Of a stretch of 54,933 nucleotides of DNA, positions 19,355 to 28,690 are shown in pieces. The notes below the pieces were generated by a model. It did no database searches. It was given only the letters and a program-made list of their open reading frames with translations, and was not told the DNA's origin. The DNA lies in sequence record SRR22947725_4822. One strand, 5' to 3'. Position numbers and translations under genes: made by a program. Position 1 is the stretch's first letter, and each line of letters starts with the position of its first letter.

Positions 19355-19819
19355 ATGAACGCAATCACTGTATTTGATCAAAAATGGAATCCATTCAAAG
19401 AAATGGAAGATATGCAAAACCGACTGAATCATTACTTGGGAAACGGCTCATTGACGAGAAAGTCCGAGGAAGAGTCCGTAGATAATGAACTTTGGACTCC
19501 GCTAGTCGATGTTTCAGAGGATAATAAGGAGTATCTCATTAAAGTCGAATTGCCCGAGGTCAATAAAAGCGACATCGCCGTAAGAGTGGAAAAGGGTGTT
19601 CTTTCGATCACTGGCGAGCGCAAGTTTCAAAAAGAGGAAAAGGGGAAAAAATATCATCGTGTCGAACGGTCATATGGTCATTTCACTCGGAACTTCACAC
19701 TTCCAGAGGACGTCGATGCAGACAACGTGAAGGCGGATTTCAAAGCCGGAGTGTTGGAGCTGCGCCTCTGCAAGGCAGAAAAAGCTAAATCGAAGGAAAT
19801 TGAAGTAAACATGGCGTAA
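19355..19819 (+). CDS. Hsp20/alpha-crystallin small heat-shock protein
   Basis: WTPLVDVSE, ELPEV, GVLSITGER, ERSYGHFTRNFTLP, GVLEL, IEV tail; RBS AAAGGA. Confidence 0.96.
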   Translation: MNAITVFDQKWNPFKEMEDMQNRLNHYLGNGSLTRKSEEESVDNELWTPLVDVSEDNKEYLIKVELPEVNKSDIAVRVEKGVLSITGERKFQKEEKGKKYHRVERSYGHFTRNFTLPEDVDADNVKADFKAGVLELRLCKAEKAKSKEIEVNMA

Positions 19820-19861
19820 AAGTGCCCCAGATTATCTCATAGGGATATGGGAAGTCCCATG

Positions 19862-19893
19862 CCAGCCGGGAGAATATTCTCTCGGCTGGTTTT
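19862..19893 (+). terminator. Rho-independent terminator after hsp20
   Basis: CCAGCCGGGAGA / TCTCTCGGCTGG stem followed by TTTT. Confidence 0.75.
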
Positions 19894-19993
19894 CTTCATT
19901 GGGAGGAAATCAGGATTCAGGTCAACTTTTTGTTGCAGGTGGAAATAGGATGAGTCAATTTTACTTAACATCTAGCATCACATTTAGTGCATC

Positions 19994-21502
19994 ATGAAAA
20001 ATTATTCGTCTATGATTAAATTTGGCAGTGGCCTACTTATTGGGGCTATCGGTTGGGTGCTGTTTTCGGGTTCAACTTCGAGTATTGCCGAAGATATTCA
20101 ACCCCCGGAGCTGGATATTGATACAGCTCCCTTGACCCGAGAAGTCAAGATCGCCACCAGTTTTGCGACCGTTGTCAAAAAGGCTTCGCCAAGTGTGGTA
20201 TCCATTCAAGTGATCCAGAAAACTTCCATGTCGCAACCTCCTTTTGGGGGTGACTCAAGTATGGATTCCTTTCGTAGATTCTTCTCCCCAGACGCACCTG
20301 GTCAACCCCGAAGCCAGCAAGCACCCGAAAGGCGCGTTCAAGGCGGTGGGTCAGGTGTGATTGTGTCCGAAGATGGGTTCATCCTGACTAATAATCATGT
20401 CATTGATGGAGCAGAATCCATCACTGTCTTACTGAGTGATGATCAGACTAAGTATGAAGCGAAGGTCCTCGGTGGAGACAAACACTCTGACCTTGCAGTC
20501 ATCAAAATTAAAGCAGACAACCTGGATCCAATCACTCTTTCAGACAGTAACCAGCTGGAAGTGGGAGACATTGTCCTTGCGATGGGAAGTCCCTTCGGTT
20601 TGTCGCAATCTGTCACCATGGGTATTGTCAGCGCCACTGGACGCGCTGGACTTCAGATGATGGATATCGAAAATTTCATCCAAACCGACGCATCCATCAA
20701 CCCCGGGAATTCGGGTGGCGCCCTGTTGGATGCTCAAGGTCGTTTGGTTGGTATCAACACATTGATCGTGAGTCGCTCTGGCGGGAATCAGGGAATTGGA
20801 TTTGCTATTCCTGTGAACATGGCTCGAAGGGTCATGGAACAAATTGTGACTTTTGGCGATATCAAACGCGGATTGCTGGGCATCAGCATGCAGGAAATGA
20901 CTGAATCCATGGCGCTTCAGTTCGGTCTTGAAGAAACAACAGGGGTGCTGGTAAGCGAATCCAGCATTGGCGGTCCAGCTGACAAAGCCGGCATTGAGGC
21001 AGGCGATGTCATTTTAAAATTCAATGATACCAAAGTGCGCGGTTTGACGCATCTTAAACTCCTGGTAGTTGAGACAAGACCGGGAGTAGAAGTCGAGATG
21101 ACTGTCTTCCGCCGTGGAGAATCGCGCGTCTTGAGTGTTGAAATCGGGGCTTTGCCCACCGACGGATACATGGCTCTGATGAAAAATTGGAGAGGTGAAG
21201 AAGAAGCTGATAGTGGCACGGTTCTTCAAGGAGTAGCAGTTTCCAATCTGACACCTCAACTGCGAGAGCAATTCGGGATCAGGCAAAACATGAGCGGGGC
21301 TTTGATTACCGAGGTAGATGCCGACTCGAAAGCACATGCTGAAGGATTGCGAGCAGGTCATATCATTCTGCAGATGGAGCATAACACTGTATCTGATGCT
21401 CAAGATGTGATCGATATTGCAAGGGGGATCAAAGGCGAATCCATCTTGCTGCATGTATGGACTCGCAACGGTGCCCGCTTCATGGTTGTCCCTGTGGATT
21501 GA
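19994..21502 (+). CDS. degP: DegP/HtrA (Do) periplasmic serine protease with two PDZ domains
   Basis: TNNHV, DLAVIK and GNSGG catalytic triad; IQTDASIN; two PDZ domains; signal peptide. Confidence 0.95.
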   Translation: MKNYSSMIKFGSGLLIGAIGWVLFSGSTSSIAEDIQPPELDIDTAPLTREVKIATSFATVVKKASPSVVSIQVIQKTSMSQPPFGGDSSMDSFRRFFSPDAPGQPRSQQAPERRVQGGGSGVIVSEDGFILTNNHVIDGAESITVLLSDDQTKYEAKVLGGDKHSDLAVIKIKADNLDPITLSDSNQLEVGDIVLAMGSPFGLSQSVTMGIVSATGRAGLQMMDIENFIQTDASINPGNSGGALLDAQGRLVGINTLIVSRSGGNQGIGFAIPVNMARRVMEQIVTFGDIKRGLLGISMQEMTESMALQFGLEETTGVLVSESSIGGPADKAGIEAGDVILKFNDTKVRGLTHLKLLVVETRPGVEVEMTVFRRGESRVLSVEIGALPTDGYMALMKNWRGEEEADSGTVLQGVAVSNLTPQLREQFGIRQNMSGALITEVDADSKAHAEGLRAGHIILQMEHNTVSDAQDVIDIARGIKGESILLHVWTRNGARFMVVPVD

Positions 21503-21649
21503 TATTATGCTCCAGCTCAAGGACATTGGCCTCTGCTCTTGCATGGCTCGAGAGCAAATCCCTTTCTTGCGGAATCATGGTTTTGAAATAGTTATTCATT
21601 CTCAAATTCGTTGCTTGCAGACAAGCTCGGGATTGGTGATTTTCTAACC

Positions 21650-22264
21650 ATGTTTACGGGTATCGTAGCGGAAACAGGTTTAACCTTGCAGGTGAATGAA
21701 ACAGGCAAGGGCATTCGTCTTGAAATCCAAGCGGAGCACACTTCGTGTGAACTTCGATTGGGCGACAGCATCGCCGTTAATGGATGTTGCCTCACTGCTG
21801 TTGAAATTTCCGAACCTGATGCAAAAAAAAAGCGACGAATCTCATTGGACCTGCTCAAGGAAACATGGGATGTGACCAATCTACATACCGTTGGCCCCGG
21901 TAGCTTGCTGAACCTCGAGCGCCCCTTGAGTTTCAACGGCAGTCTTGATGGACATTTCGTGACAGGCCATGTCGATGGTGTCGGGAAAGTGCTGAAATGG
22001 GAACAGCATGGGGGGGACTGGCTGCTTGAAATACAGCCCCCGGAAGAGCTCATGCATTTATTGGTGCACAAGGGATCCGTTGCCCTGGATGGTATCAGTC
22101 TGACCGTGGCCAAAGTGTTGGCTCAAAGTTTTCAGGTCTGGATCATTCCGCATACCTATCAGGTGACCAATCTCCACACAAGAAAACCAGGTGGTCTGAT
22201 CAACATTGAAACTGATTTACTTGGGAAATATGTCGAGCGATTCATTCAGGCTCGTAAGATCTGA
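21650..22264 (+). CDS. ribE: Riboflavin synthase (alpha chain)
   Basis: MFTGIV N-terminus (start ATG 21650), GDSIAVNGCCLT, NLER, GHFVTGHVD, GSVALDGISLT. Confidence 0.96.
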   Translation: MFTGIVAETGLTLQVNETGKGIRLEIQAEHTSCELRLGDSIAVNGCCLTAVEISEPDAKKKRRISLDLLKETWDVTNLHTVGPGSLLNLERPLSFNGSLDGHFVTGHVDGVGKVLKWEQHGGDWLLEIQPPEELMHLLVHKGSVALDGISLTVAKVLAQSFQVWIIPHTYQVTNLHTRKPGGLINIETDLLGKYVERFIQARKI

Positions 22265-22548
22265 ATCGAAGGGAATTCAGATCCATGTGGATGGGTTAAA
22301 ACGAAAACTGATTCAGCTTTGAGTCACCGAATTGCAGACAAGCCGAAGGAAATAGCTCCATCAAAGCTATGTGTAGGATTGAGTTGAACTCATGGTCGAT
22401 TTCACGAGTCTTCTCAGCTTCGTTTTATCTTGGTAATAACGATCAAAATCCTTCCAGAGGAGTGAATGCAAGAAAGCCGCTCGAAGAACGATATTTTCCT
22501 TGCTTAAGGCTTCAAAACCGAGTTCATTATGACCACGTCGTTCAGTGC

Positions 22549-22641
22549 GGAGAGATGGCTGAGTGGTCGAAAGCACCGGTTTGCTAAACCGACGTACGGG
22601 GATAACTCGTACCGCGGGTTCAAATCCCGCTCTCTCCGCCA
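22549..22641 (+). tRNA. tRNA-Ser (anticodon GCT) with long variable arm and encoded CCA
   Basis: Acceptor stem GGAGAGA/TCTCTCC, D-loop TGG, anticodon loop TT-GCT-AA, variable arm GTACG...CGTAC, GGTTCAAATCC T-arm. Confidence 0.97.
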
Positions 22642-22753
22642 TTTCGTTTAACCGTTCCAGATTAGCGGTTTAAAAATACCGAGTTACCTTCTCACCTGCG
22701 ATTTACAACTCGTTTGAATATGTTCAAATGCGTTTGTTGGCGTTTATAAATGA

Positions 22754-23026
22754 CTAACAGTTAAAATAGCCTGCCTGAACGGGAAGATTACTTTAGGTAG
22801 TCGACTACCGAGTTTTCCCATCGATTTTCCGATGACACTTTGCGAAGCTTATGATGCCGGTGAAATGAATGAAGATTCTTTTGACTCCGTCCGCCCTGAA
22901 AATCAATACTGATATATTGCTCCCCGTGACCATGGTGCAGAGTATGAAAGGCTCTGTATTATCCCGTAACACATCCCCGTTACTTTTCCTGACACCTTCC
23001 TTGAAGTGTTTGATTATAAACATTAG
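22754..23026 (+). pseudogene. Decayed coding remnant of unknown family
   Basis: One frame reads LTVKIACLNGKITLGSRLPSFPIDFPMTLCEAYDAGEMNEDSFDSVRPENQY*YIAPRDHGAEYERLCIIP*HIPVTFPDTFLEVFDYKH*; protein-like but with two internal stops. Confidence 0.3.
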
Positions 23027-23044
23027 TGGGTTTAAAAAAGAAAC

Positions 23045-23225
23045 ATTGGTAAGCTAACCACAGTTTTATTCCTCGCGTGCTTTCTGTCACTCAGACTTCT
23101 TGGTCAGGCACCAAACTTACAGATCGAGCATTCAGTCAAGGTAGAGTTTCCAACGCAGGCTGGGTATGACTACACGGTGTATTCAACCACCGACCCGAAT
23201 CAGCAATCCAGCTGGACACAGCCTA
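23045..23225 (+). pseudogene. Truncated 5' end of a secreted-protein gene
   Basis: IGKLTTVLFLACFLSLRLLGQA (signal-like, no ATG) then PNLQIEHSVKVEFPTQAGYDYTVYSTTDPNQQSSW; the frame continues into the antisense of the IS remnant. Confidence 0.5.
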
Positions 23226-23272
23226 ATCACGCCACAGACCCTCGACTTCCGCCATTACAAATCCAGACTGGA

Positions 23273-23441
23273 TTTGTTTGGCTTCGGAGATCTCAGGCAT
23301 GCCAAACTCACGCTTCAAGGGGAGAAGGCTTGTTCACTGATTTGATGAGCGCGACAAACATCCTCGATTGCTTTTCTTCCACCCTCCACTTCAATTTGAA
23401 TACGGATCTTCTGTTCGATTGAGTATCTTATTCCTTTTTAT
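23273..23441 (-). mobile_element. IS3-family transposase orfA remnant (frameshifted)
   Basis: Minus strand KGIRYSIEQKIRIQIEVEGGRKAIEDVCRAHQISEQAF, 1-nt frameshift near 23316, then KREFGMPEISEAKQ: HTH_Tnp_1 pattern; start codon degraded; no orfB seen. Confidence 0.8.
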
Positions 23442-23595
23442 TGCTCCAGACTGACTTTTCAAGTGGTTCAGTTATTGTAACCACGAACCATTGATTTCGA
23501 TCACCCCGCATTGAGTCATTCTTTATGCGAAGGTCATTTTGATGAGATTAAATTGAAGTCGTAAAGTCTCCAAGTGGTCTATTTTCGTCGTGTCA

Positions 23596-23832
23596 TCAAA
23601 CACCCTTTGCATGCAACCTTCTAAGCGAGACAAATTGATTACGTTTGTCAAAGATGATCTCGAACTCACCGTCGACTCCCTGAGTGGTGACCCATTGACG
23701 AAGGTGTTCCGCTCGAAATTGAATTGTAAATCCTTGGTGTGTGCGCACCCGAACGAATATTTTGTAACCTTGATAATATTCGAGGAACTCTTCTGTCGTT
23801 AATTTCAAATAGAAGTAGGCTCTGGTACTCAT
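23596..23832 (-). CDS. DUF2835 family small protein
   Basis: MSTRAYFYLKLTTEEFLEYYQG..VRVRTHQGFTIQFRAEHLRQWVTTQGVDGEFEIIFDKRNQFVSL resembles the DUF2835 pattern; start ATG 23832. Confidence 0.75.
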   Translation of the reverse strand: MSTRAYFYLKLTTEEFLEYYQGYKIFVRVRTHQGFTIQFRAEHLRQWVTTQGVDGEFEIIFDKRNQFVSLRRLHAKGV

Positions 23833-24643
23833 AAAACCGTAACGCGTCGTTAGTTCATTTCGATCCAACTATCTTTGATCATCTAATAAATCTCAAGCCT
23901 GCCTGGTTTATTTTTTTCGTTTACATTGCCATGTGTATCTGAACAGCGATTCTGGTTTGACTCAGGACCTTCTTTTTTCAGACCTTGGCAAAACAGCCAA
24001 AGGCATTTGCAACTTGTTTGGTCATGTCCTTTTCATACGCTAGCTCATTGAGCAAGAGGCCCCCGAATCACCCTCCTGCAACAACCCGATAAAGTGTGAG
24101 GACAAACCATGAATCGCTGATCAATGACATTTTTTTACGCTGCCTTTTCTCCCAAGGCAGCTACCATCGGGACTTACTGCAAATCATCAAGGGGTTACTT
24201 AAATATGCAGTAATTCTGTCATGGGTAGACTAGGCTTTGGCGATCTACACTTCACCAGAAGTTTTACCGGCCTCAACGAGTTCCTTGGCTTGTCTTCTAG
24301 TGATTAGACAAATCTGCACATTTTTAGTCTGATTGTTATCGACTTGGTTCATTGTCAATCCAGGCAGTGCGGGGCCCGAGGATCTTACCTTTATAACCAC
24401 TGGTGGCACTGCAGTCTTGGTGTCTTGCGTCAACACGGCAATCTACCAAGGCAAAGCCGTGACCTCCATAGGAGGGCAGTCCCTTCACTTCTGTGTCGAT
24501 CTCACCAGTTTCGTATGTAACTCAAGTGATACCAGCATTGGGATTTATGCATTTCACAACTTCATTGCACTGGCTTCAGTCACGATTACCGATGTGGATG
24601 CTGGATATTTCCAGCGGTGCGTTTGCGCTCTGCACCAAGCTGT

Positions 24644-25363
24644 CTATTCTTCCAATGGTGAAGGAGCATTTCTCCATTGGTCGGTGGCTGCCCATAGATT
24701 TTCAGGGCTTAACGACTCCCCGTATTTCAAAAAGCGAACACTTCCATCAGCAAATGCAAAGTTGGATCCTCCATCCCGAGATGTATCACCGGAAGCATTG
24801 TGTTTATTTTGATCGATCGCTTCTACATCGTTTCCATCTCCTTGATAAAAATCCATATGCACATCATACCGTTCCTGTTTTTTTTCACCGAACATGATTG
24901 TTTCGGAAGGAAAACGGACACTGGACAATTTCATGGGTTTGGAACCTGTCCATTCCCTGAATTCCTCAAACTCTTTTTTGGATAAGGTGATTGCAAAAAA
25001 ATCATTGAAGCCATTGATGATATAGCTCCTTTTTTGGGTTTCTTCTGCTTTAAAACGATCGGAGGGGCAGATCACTATCTCTGGATTATTATGATAGGGA
25101 AGCAGCGCACTGATCCAATTGGGCCCTCCTGAAATCCGTGGAGGAATCTTATTATCGAAATCATCAGCATACATGCTCAAAGCCAAATTAATCTGGCGCA
25201 AATTACTGCTGCATTTGACTTGTTGGGCCTTTCCCTTGGCTTTCGACAATACCGGTAGAAGCATTCCAGCCAGAATGGCAATAATCGCAATGACTACTAA
25301 TAACTCAATGAGCGTAAAAGCACGTAACAGCCTCTTTTGGGTTTTCTTATTCATTTCCAGCAT
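24644..25363 (-). CDS. Prepilin-type N-methylation protein with DUF1559-like domain and H-X9-DG-type C-terminus
   Basis: [45 protein letters not shown]...[11 protein letters not shown]. Confidence 0.92.
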   Translation of the reverse strand: MLEMNKKTQKRLLRAFTLIELLVVIAIIAILAGMLLPVLSKAKGKAQQVKCSSNLRQINLALSMYADDFDNKIPPRISGGPNWISALLPYHNNPEIVICPSDRFKAEETQKRSYIINGFNDFFAITLSKKEFEEFREWTGSKPMKLSSVRFPSETIMFGEKKQERYDVHMDFYQGDGNDVEAIDQNKHNASGDTSRDGGSNFAFADGSVRFLKYGESLSPENLWAATDQWRNAPSPLEE

Positions 25364-25552
25364 GTTGAATAATAAGTAAAATGAGGTTTCTTTTTCTGAC
25401 GGTGAAACACCTACGTCATTCTTGCGCTTGCTGACATATTACACCCTGTTTTGTAATTAAAGCAAATTGCATTATGGTCTCAAGTATTGTAACCAACTTT
25501 GATACCGATCATGCACACTGACTAGATGAAATAGAGGGAGACGAATGCCGTC

Positions 25553-28500
25553 ATGTTTAAAATTTTGATAAATAATCTAATCACTGGCATTCGTCTGCTT
25601 CTCCTGTCCATGTGTTGTGCCGGCGTCACATTTCTTTACGAGGAAGTATTGACGGCTGAGCTCAACCGAACGGACGGAATACAATTCAATGAAATTCTAG
25701 CCTCAAATCTAACTGGATTAAAAGATGCGGACGGCGATACAAGTGATTGGTTGGAGATAGAAAATATCAAATCTCAACCTGTAAATTTGTCCGGCTACTC
25801 TCTGACAGACAATGCGAGCGTTCGCAGGAAATGGGCCTTACCAGATCTGGATATTCCTCCTGGAGGATTCCTTTCGTTCTGGATGTCAGGCAAGGATTCC
25901 AATCAAAGTGAATTATCAGATTCGAACCCTTTGCGTAAAACTTCTCCCTTCTCAGTGCACACAAATTTCAAGTTAAAGAAAAAAGGAGGAAGCCTATTTC
26001 TCATTAATCCAGCTGGCGACACCATCGATGAAATTCACTATCCCAGACAATACTCCGATCATTCATTTGCTCGCTCAACTGATCCGACGAGAAAATGGGG
26101 GTTTTATTTGATCCCAACCCCCGGAAAAGCGAACGAGGGCAGGCCTCTGAAACAGTTCGTAAAAGAGCCCTCCTTTTCCCCTTTGCCGAGTGTTGTCTAC
26201 GACGAGGTAGAAGTTCATCTCAACGTCAAATCCATCGAAACTGTAGAGCTTCGTTATACGACAGATGGGAGTCATCCAACTGGAAGCAGCTTGCTGTATG
26301 ATCACGCAATCAGGATCACCAAGTCGAAGACCATTCGTGTTGCTGCATATATCGGGCAAGAACGTGTGAGCCCTATTGCTACTGGTACTTACTTGATTAA
26401 GCCAGAACCCCAGTTGCCATCCCTTTCGATCACCTTACCCCCGGCTGATTTCAAGGAAGTTCACATGAACAGTCAGGCCAGCGGACGAAAAAGTGAGCGG
26501 CAGGCTTATTGGGAATATTTCAATAAATCAGGCAAACGCATCGAAGCGACTGGATTTGGGCTCCGACTCCATGGCGGAGCGGGACGCAATGGGGGTTTAC
26601 ATACGAAAAAATCCTACCGTGCCTACTTTCGTAGCTCATATGGTCAAAGTCGATTGAATGGAAATATCATTCCCGATGCTTCTGTAAAAGCTTTTGACAA
26701 GCTCGTACTACGTGCCAGTTCCAACGATCGAGCACCCCACGGATCCAGTATTCGAGATCAAGTTATTCGCGACCTCCACCTTGAAATGGGTGGAGTTGGT
26801 GCTCACGGTTCCTGGTGTGTGCTGTATGTCAATGGTGTGAATCGAGGGATTTACAATGTAACAGAACGGATGGATCAAAGCTTTTTGTCCTCACAACTGG
26901 GGGAAGGTCAATTTGACGTTATCAAGACAGGGGAGACAGTGCTTAATGGCAACAAGCGAGCGTGGGATCAACTTAACCATTTTTTACGCACAACACAATT
27001 CTCCGATGCTGCAAATTATGAAGAACTCAAAAGACGGGTGGATGTCGAAAATTTCACTTCCTACGTGATCCTCAATCTGTGCATGCAGAATTTTGATTGG
27101 CCGCATAATAATTGGTATGCTGCTCGGCGTATACCAGATGGCAAGTGGATCTTCATGTGCTGGGATGCCGAATGGGGGCTGGGTTACCGGCATCCGCATT
27201 CCGGGGACGCCCCAATCGGTATCGACCTGGATCCTTATGCCTTCATGGATAGTGGAGGTGCATACGGGCATGGATTGATCAGGACTTTATTTCTGGCCCT
27301 GCTCAATAACGAAGCTTATCGAAAATATTATCAGCAAGAAGTAACACGATATTTGAAAGAGTCATTATCGACCGAGAATATCCTGCGTCTCATACGGTAT
27401 CATCGAGACGCGCTTGAAACTGAAATGAAGAAGGAGTACGAGGCCAAAGGAACTCGAATCAAACGATGGCATGATCAAATTCATCAGATAGAGGTTTTCA
27501 CCAAAAAGTGCACCACATATTTCAAGCGCTACACCGATGAGTATTTTGAACCTGTGATTCAATTCAACGAAAACAAACGCCTCGCACTAGTTGAATCTGC
27601 AAATGGTAAAAGGTATGTTTTTTATCGCGGAGACAACGGTCAAATATGTCATTTTTCTTCCACTATGAAGAGCAAGTCTTGGCTGGAAACTGCCGTTTAC
27701 TTACCCAAAGGGGCTCCTTCAATTGCTGGAAATCCAGCTGCCTATTCTCTGGCTTCTGGAAAGCTGATTGTAGTTTATCGTGGCAGAGATGGAGATCTGC
27801 ATGAACTCACAGCCTACATGCAAGAGCAGGGACTCAGCCAGTGGTCATATTCAAATCTGAGTAGAAGTTTAACGCTTCCACCTGCCATTAACGATCCAAC
27901 CGTTATTGTCGCAGATGGCACACCTCATATTTTTTATCTGGATAAAAATCTCCAACCCCAGGAACTCTGGTTGAATAGTGTCTGGCATCATCATCCATTA
28001 CCAGTAACGCCTCGTCCCGGCGGTGATATCACTGCCACAGCAACTGCTGATGGCATTTACGTTACATATCGAACAGTTTTTGGAGCACCCTGCACTCAGC
28101 GTCTCGCAAGGAAAGATCAGAGGGAGGGCAAACGCTCCTGGCAGCATGAACTGGTGCTGCAAGTTCCGTCAGCAGGAACGCCAGCGGGCTTAATGGCTGA
28201 TGGGAAATGGCGAGTCATTTTTAGACCAGCCAAGGCCTGGCCCCTTCGTCAACCATACGTATTTCATTGGGATGGCCCCCAGGGTAAAGGTTATCAGGAA
28301 TACAAAGGTTCACGCGCCGGGCTTATCGAAGCTCGAAAACAGCGACGTCGATTTTGCCAGTTGCAACCGATTATATCCCCCTCAGGTCATGCCACAGGTA
28401 GCCCAATTATCCTCAGCAACCCGCACCAAAACCGACACTTCGTCACCTACCGTGATTCAATGGGGCATTTGCAAGAAGCATATTTAAGCCAAGACCACAA

Positions 28501-28690
28501 CTCAGAGGAATGGCAGATAGAGGATATAGTGTATCTTTCGAATGCACCTGCAGCAATGAGTGATCCGGTTGGGATGGCTGCACCGACTGGGAATCGACGC
28601 TATTATATTTATTGGGGTGTAGACAAAAAACTTCACGAATTACACTTTGACGGGCGTTGGAATCATATCTCATTGCACACAACCGATTGA
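25553..28690 (+). CDS. Secreted CotH-family kinase: lamin-tail + Fn3/chitobiase-like + CotH + C-terminal lectin-like beta-propeller
   Basis: FNEILASN..DWLEI (LTD), PTPG..N, RYTTDGSHP, LRLHGG..KKSY, NFDWPHNNW, WDAE; propeller repeats after ~27578. Confidence 0.88.
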   Translation: MFKILINNLITGIRLLLLSMCCAGVTFLYEEVLTAELNRTDGIQFNEILASNLTGLKDADGDTSDWLEIENIKSQPVNLSGYSLTDNASVRRKWALPDLDIPPGGFLSFWMSGKDSNQSELSDSNPLRKTSPFSVHTNFKLKKKGGSLFLINPAGDTIDEIHYPRQYSDHSFARSTDPTRKWGFYLIPTPGKANEGRPLKQFVKEPSFSPLPSVVYDEVEVHLNVKSIETVELRYTTDGSHPTGSSLLYDHAIRITKSKTIRVAAYIGQERVSPIATGTYLIKPEPQLPSLSITLPPADFKEVHMNSQASGRKSERQAYWEYFNKSGKRIEATGFGLRLHGGAGRNGGLHTKKSYRAYFRSSYGQSRLNGNIIPDASVKAFDKLVLRASSNDRAPHGSSIRDQVIRDLHLEMGGVGAHGSWCVLYVNGVNRGIYNVTERMDQSFLSSQLGEGQFDVIKTGETVLNGNKRAWDQLNHFLRTTQFSDAANYEELKRRVDVENFTSYVILNLCMQNFDWPHNNWYAARRIPDGKWIFMCWDAEWGLGYRHPHSGDAPIGIDLDPYAFMDSGGAYGHGLIRTLFLALLNNEAYRKYYQQEVTRYLKESLSTENILRLIRYHRDALETEMKKEYEAKGTRIKRWHDQIHQIEVFTKKCTTYFKRYTDEYFEPVIQFNENKRLALVESANGKRYVFYRGDNGQICHFSSTMKSKSWLETAVYLPKGAPSIAGNPAAYSLASGKLIVVYRGRDGDLHELTAYMQEQGLSQWSYSNLSRSLTLPPAINDPTVIVADGTPHIFYLDKNLQPQELWLNSVWHHHPLPVTPRPGGDITATATADGIYVTYRTVFGAPCTQRLARKDQREGKRSWQHELVLQVPSAGTPAGLMADGKWRVIFRPAKAWPLRQPYVFHWDGPQGKGYQEYKGSRAGLIEARKQRRRFCQLQPIISPSGHATGSPIILSNPHQNRHFVTYRDSMGHLQEAYLSQDHNSEEWQIEDIVYLSNAPAAMSDPVGMAAPTGNRRYYIYWGVDKKLHELHFDGRWNHISLHTTD

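Noticed and set aside
21823-21831. A9 tract in ribE as a phase-variation site
   Set aside because: In frame within a housekeeping gene, encoding a Lys run
22367-22642. ORF MAERAGFEPAV... (minus strand) and ORF 22369-22587
   Set aside because: Typical shadow translations of the tRNA-Ser gene
22713-22728. TTTGAATATGTTCAAA as a LexA box
   Set aside because: Spacing and orientation match neither GAAC-N4-GTTC nor TGTTC-N4-GAACA
22754-24640. In-frame TGA codons as stop-codon reassignment or selenocysteine
   Set aside because: Many intact genes here end in TGA, a TAA also interrupts one frame, and no SECIS-like context is evident; decay is the simpler explanation
24333-24897. Plus-strand ORFs 24333-24812 and 24493-24897
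   Set aside because: They overlap the pseudopilin gene in antisense and have no recognisable domain
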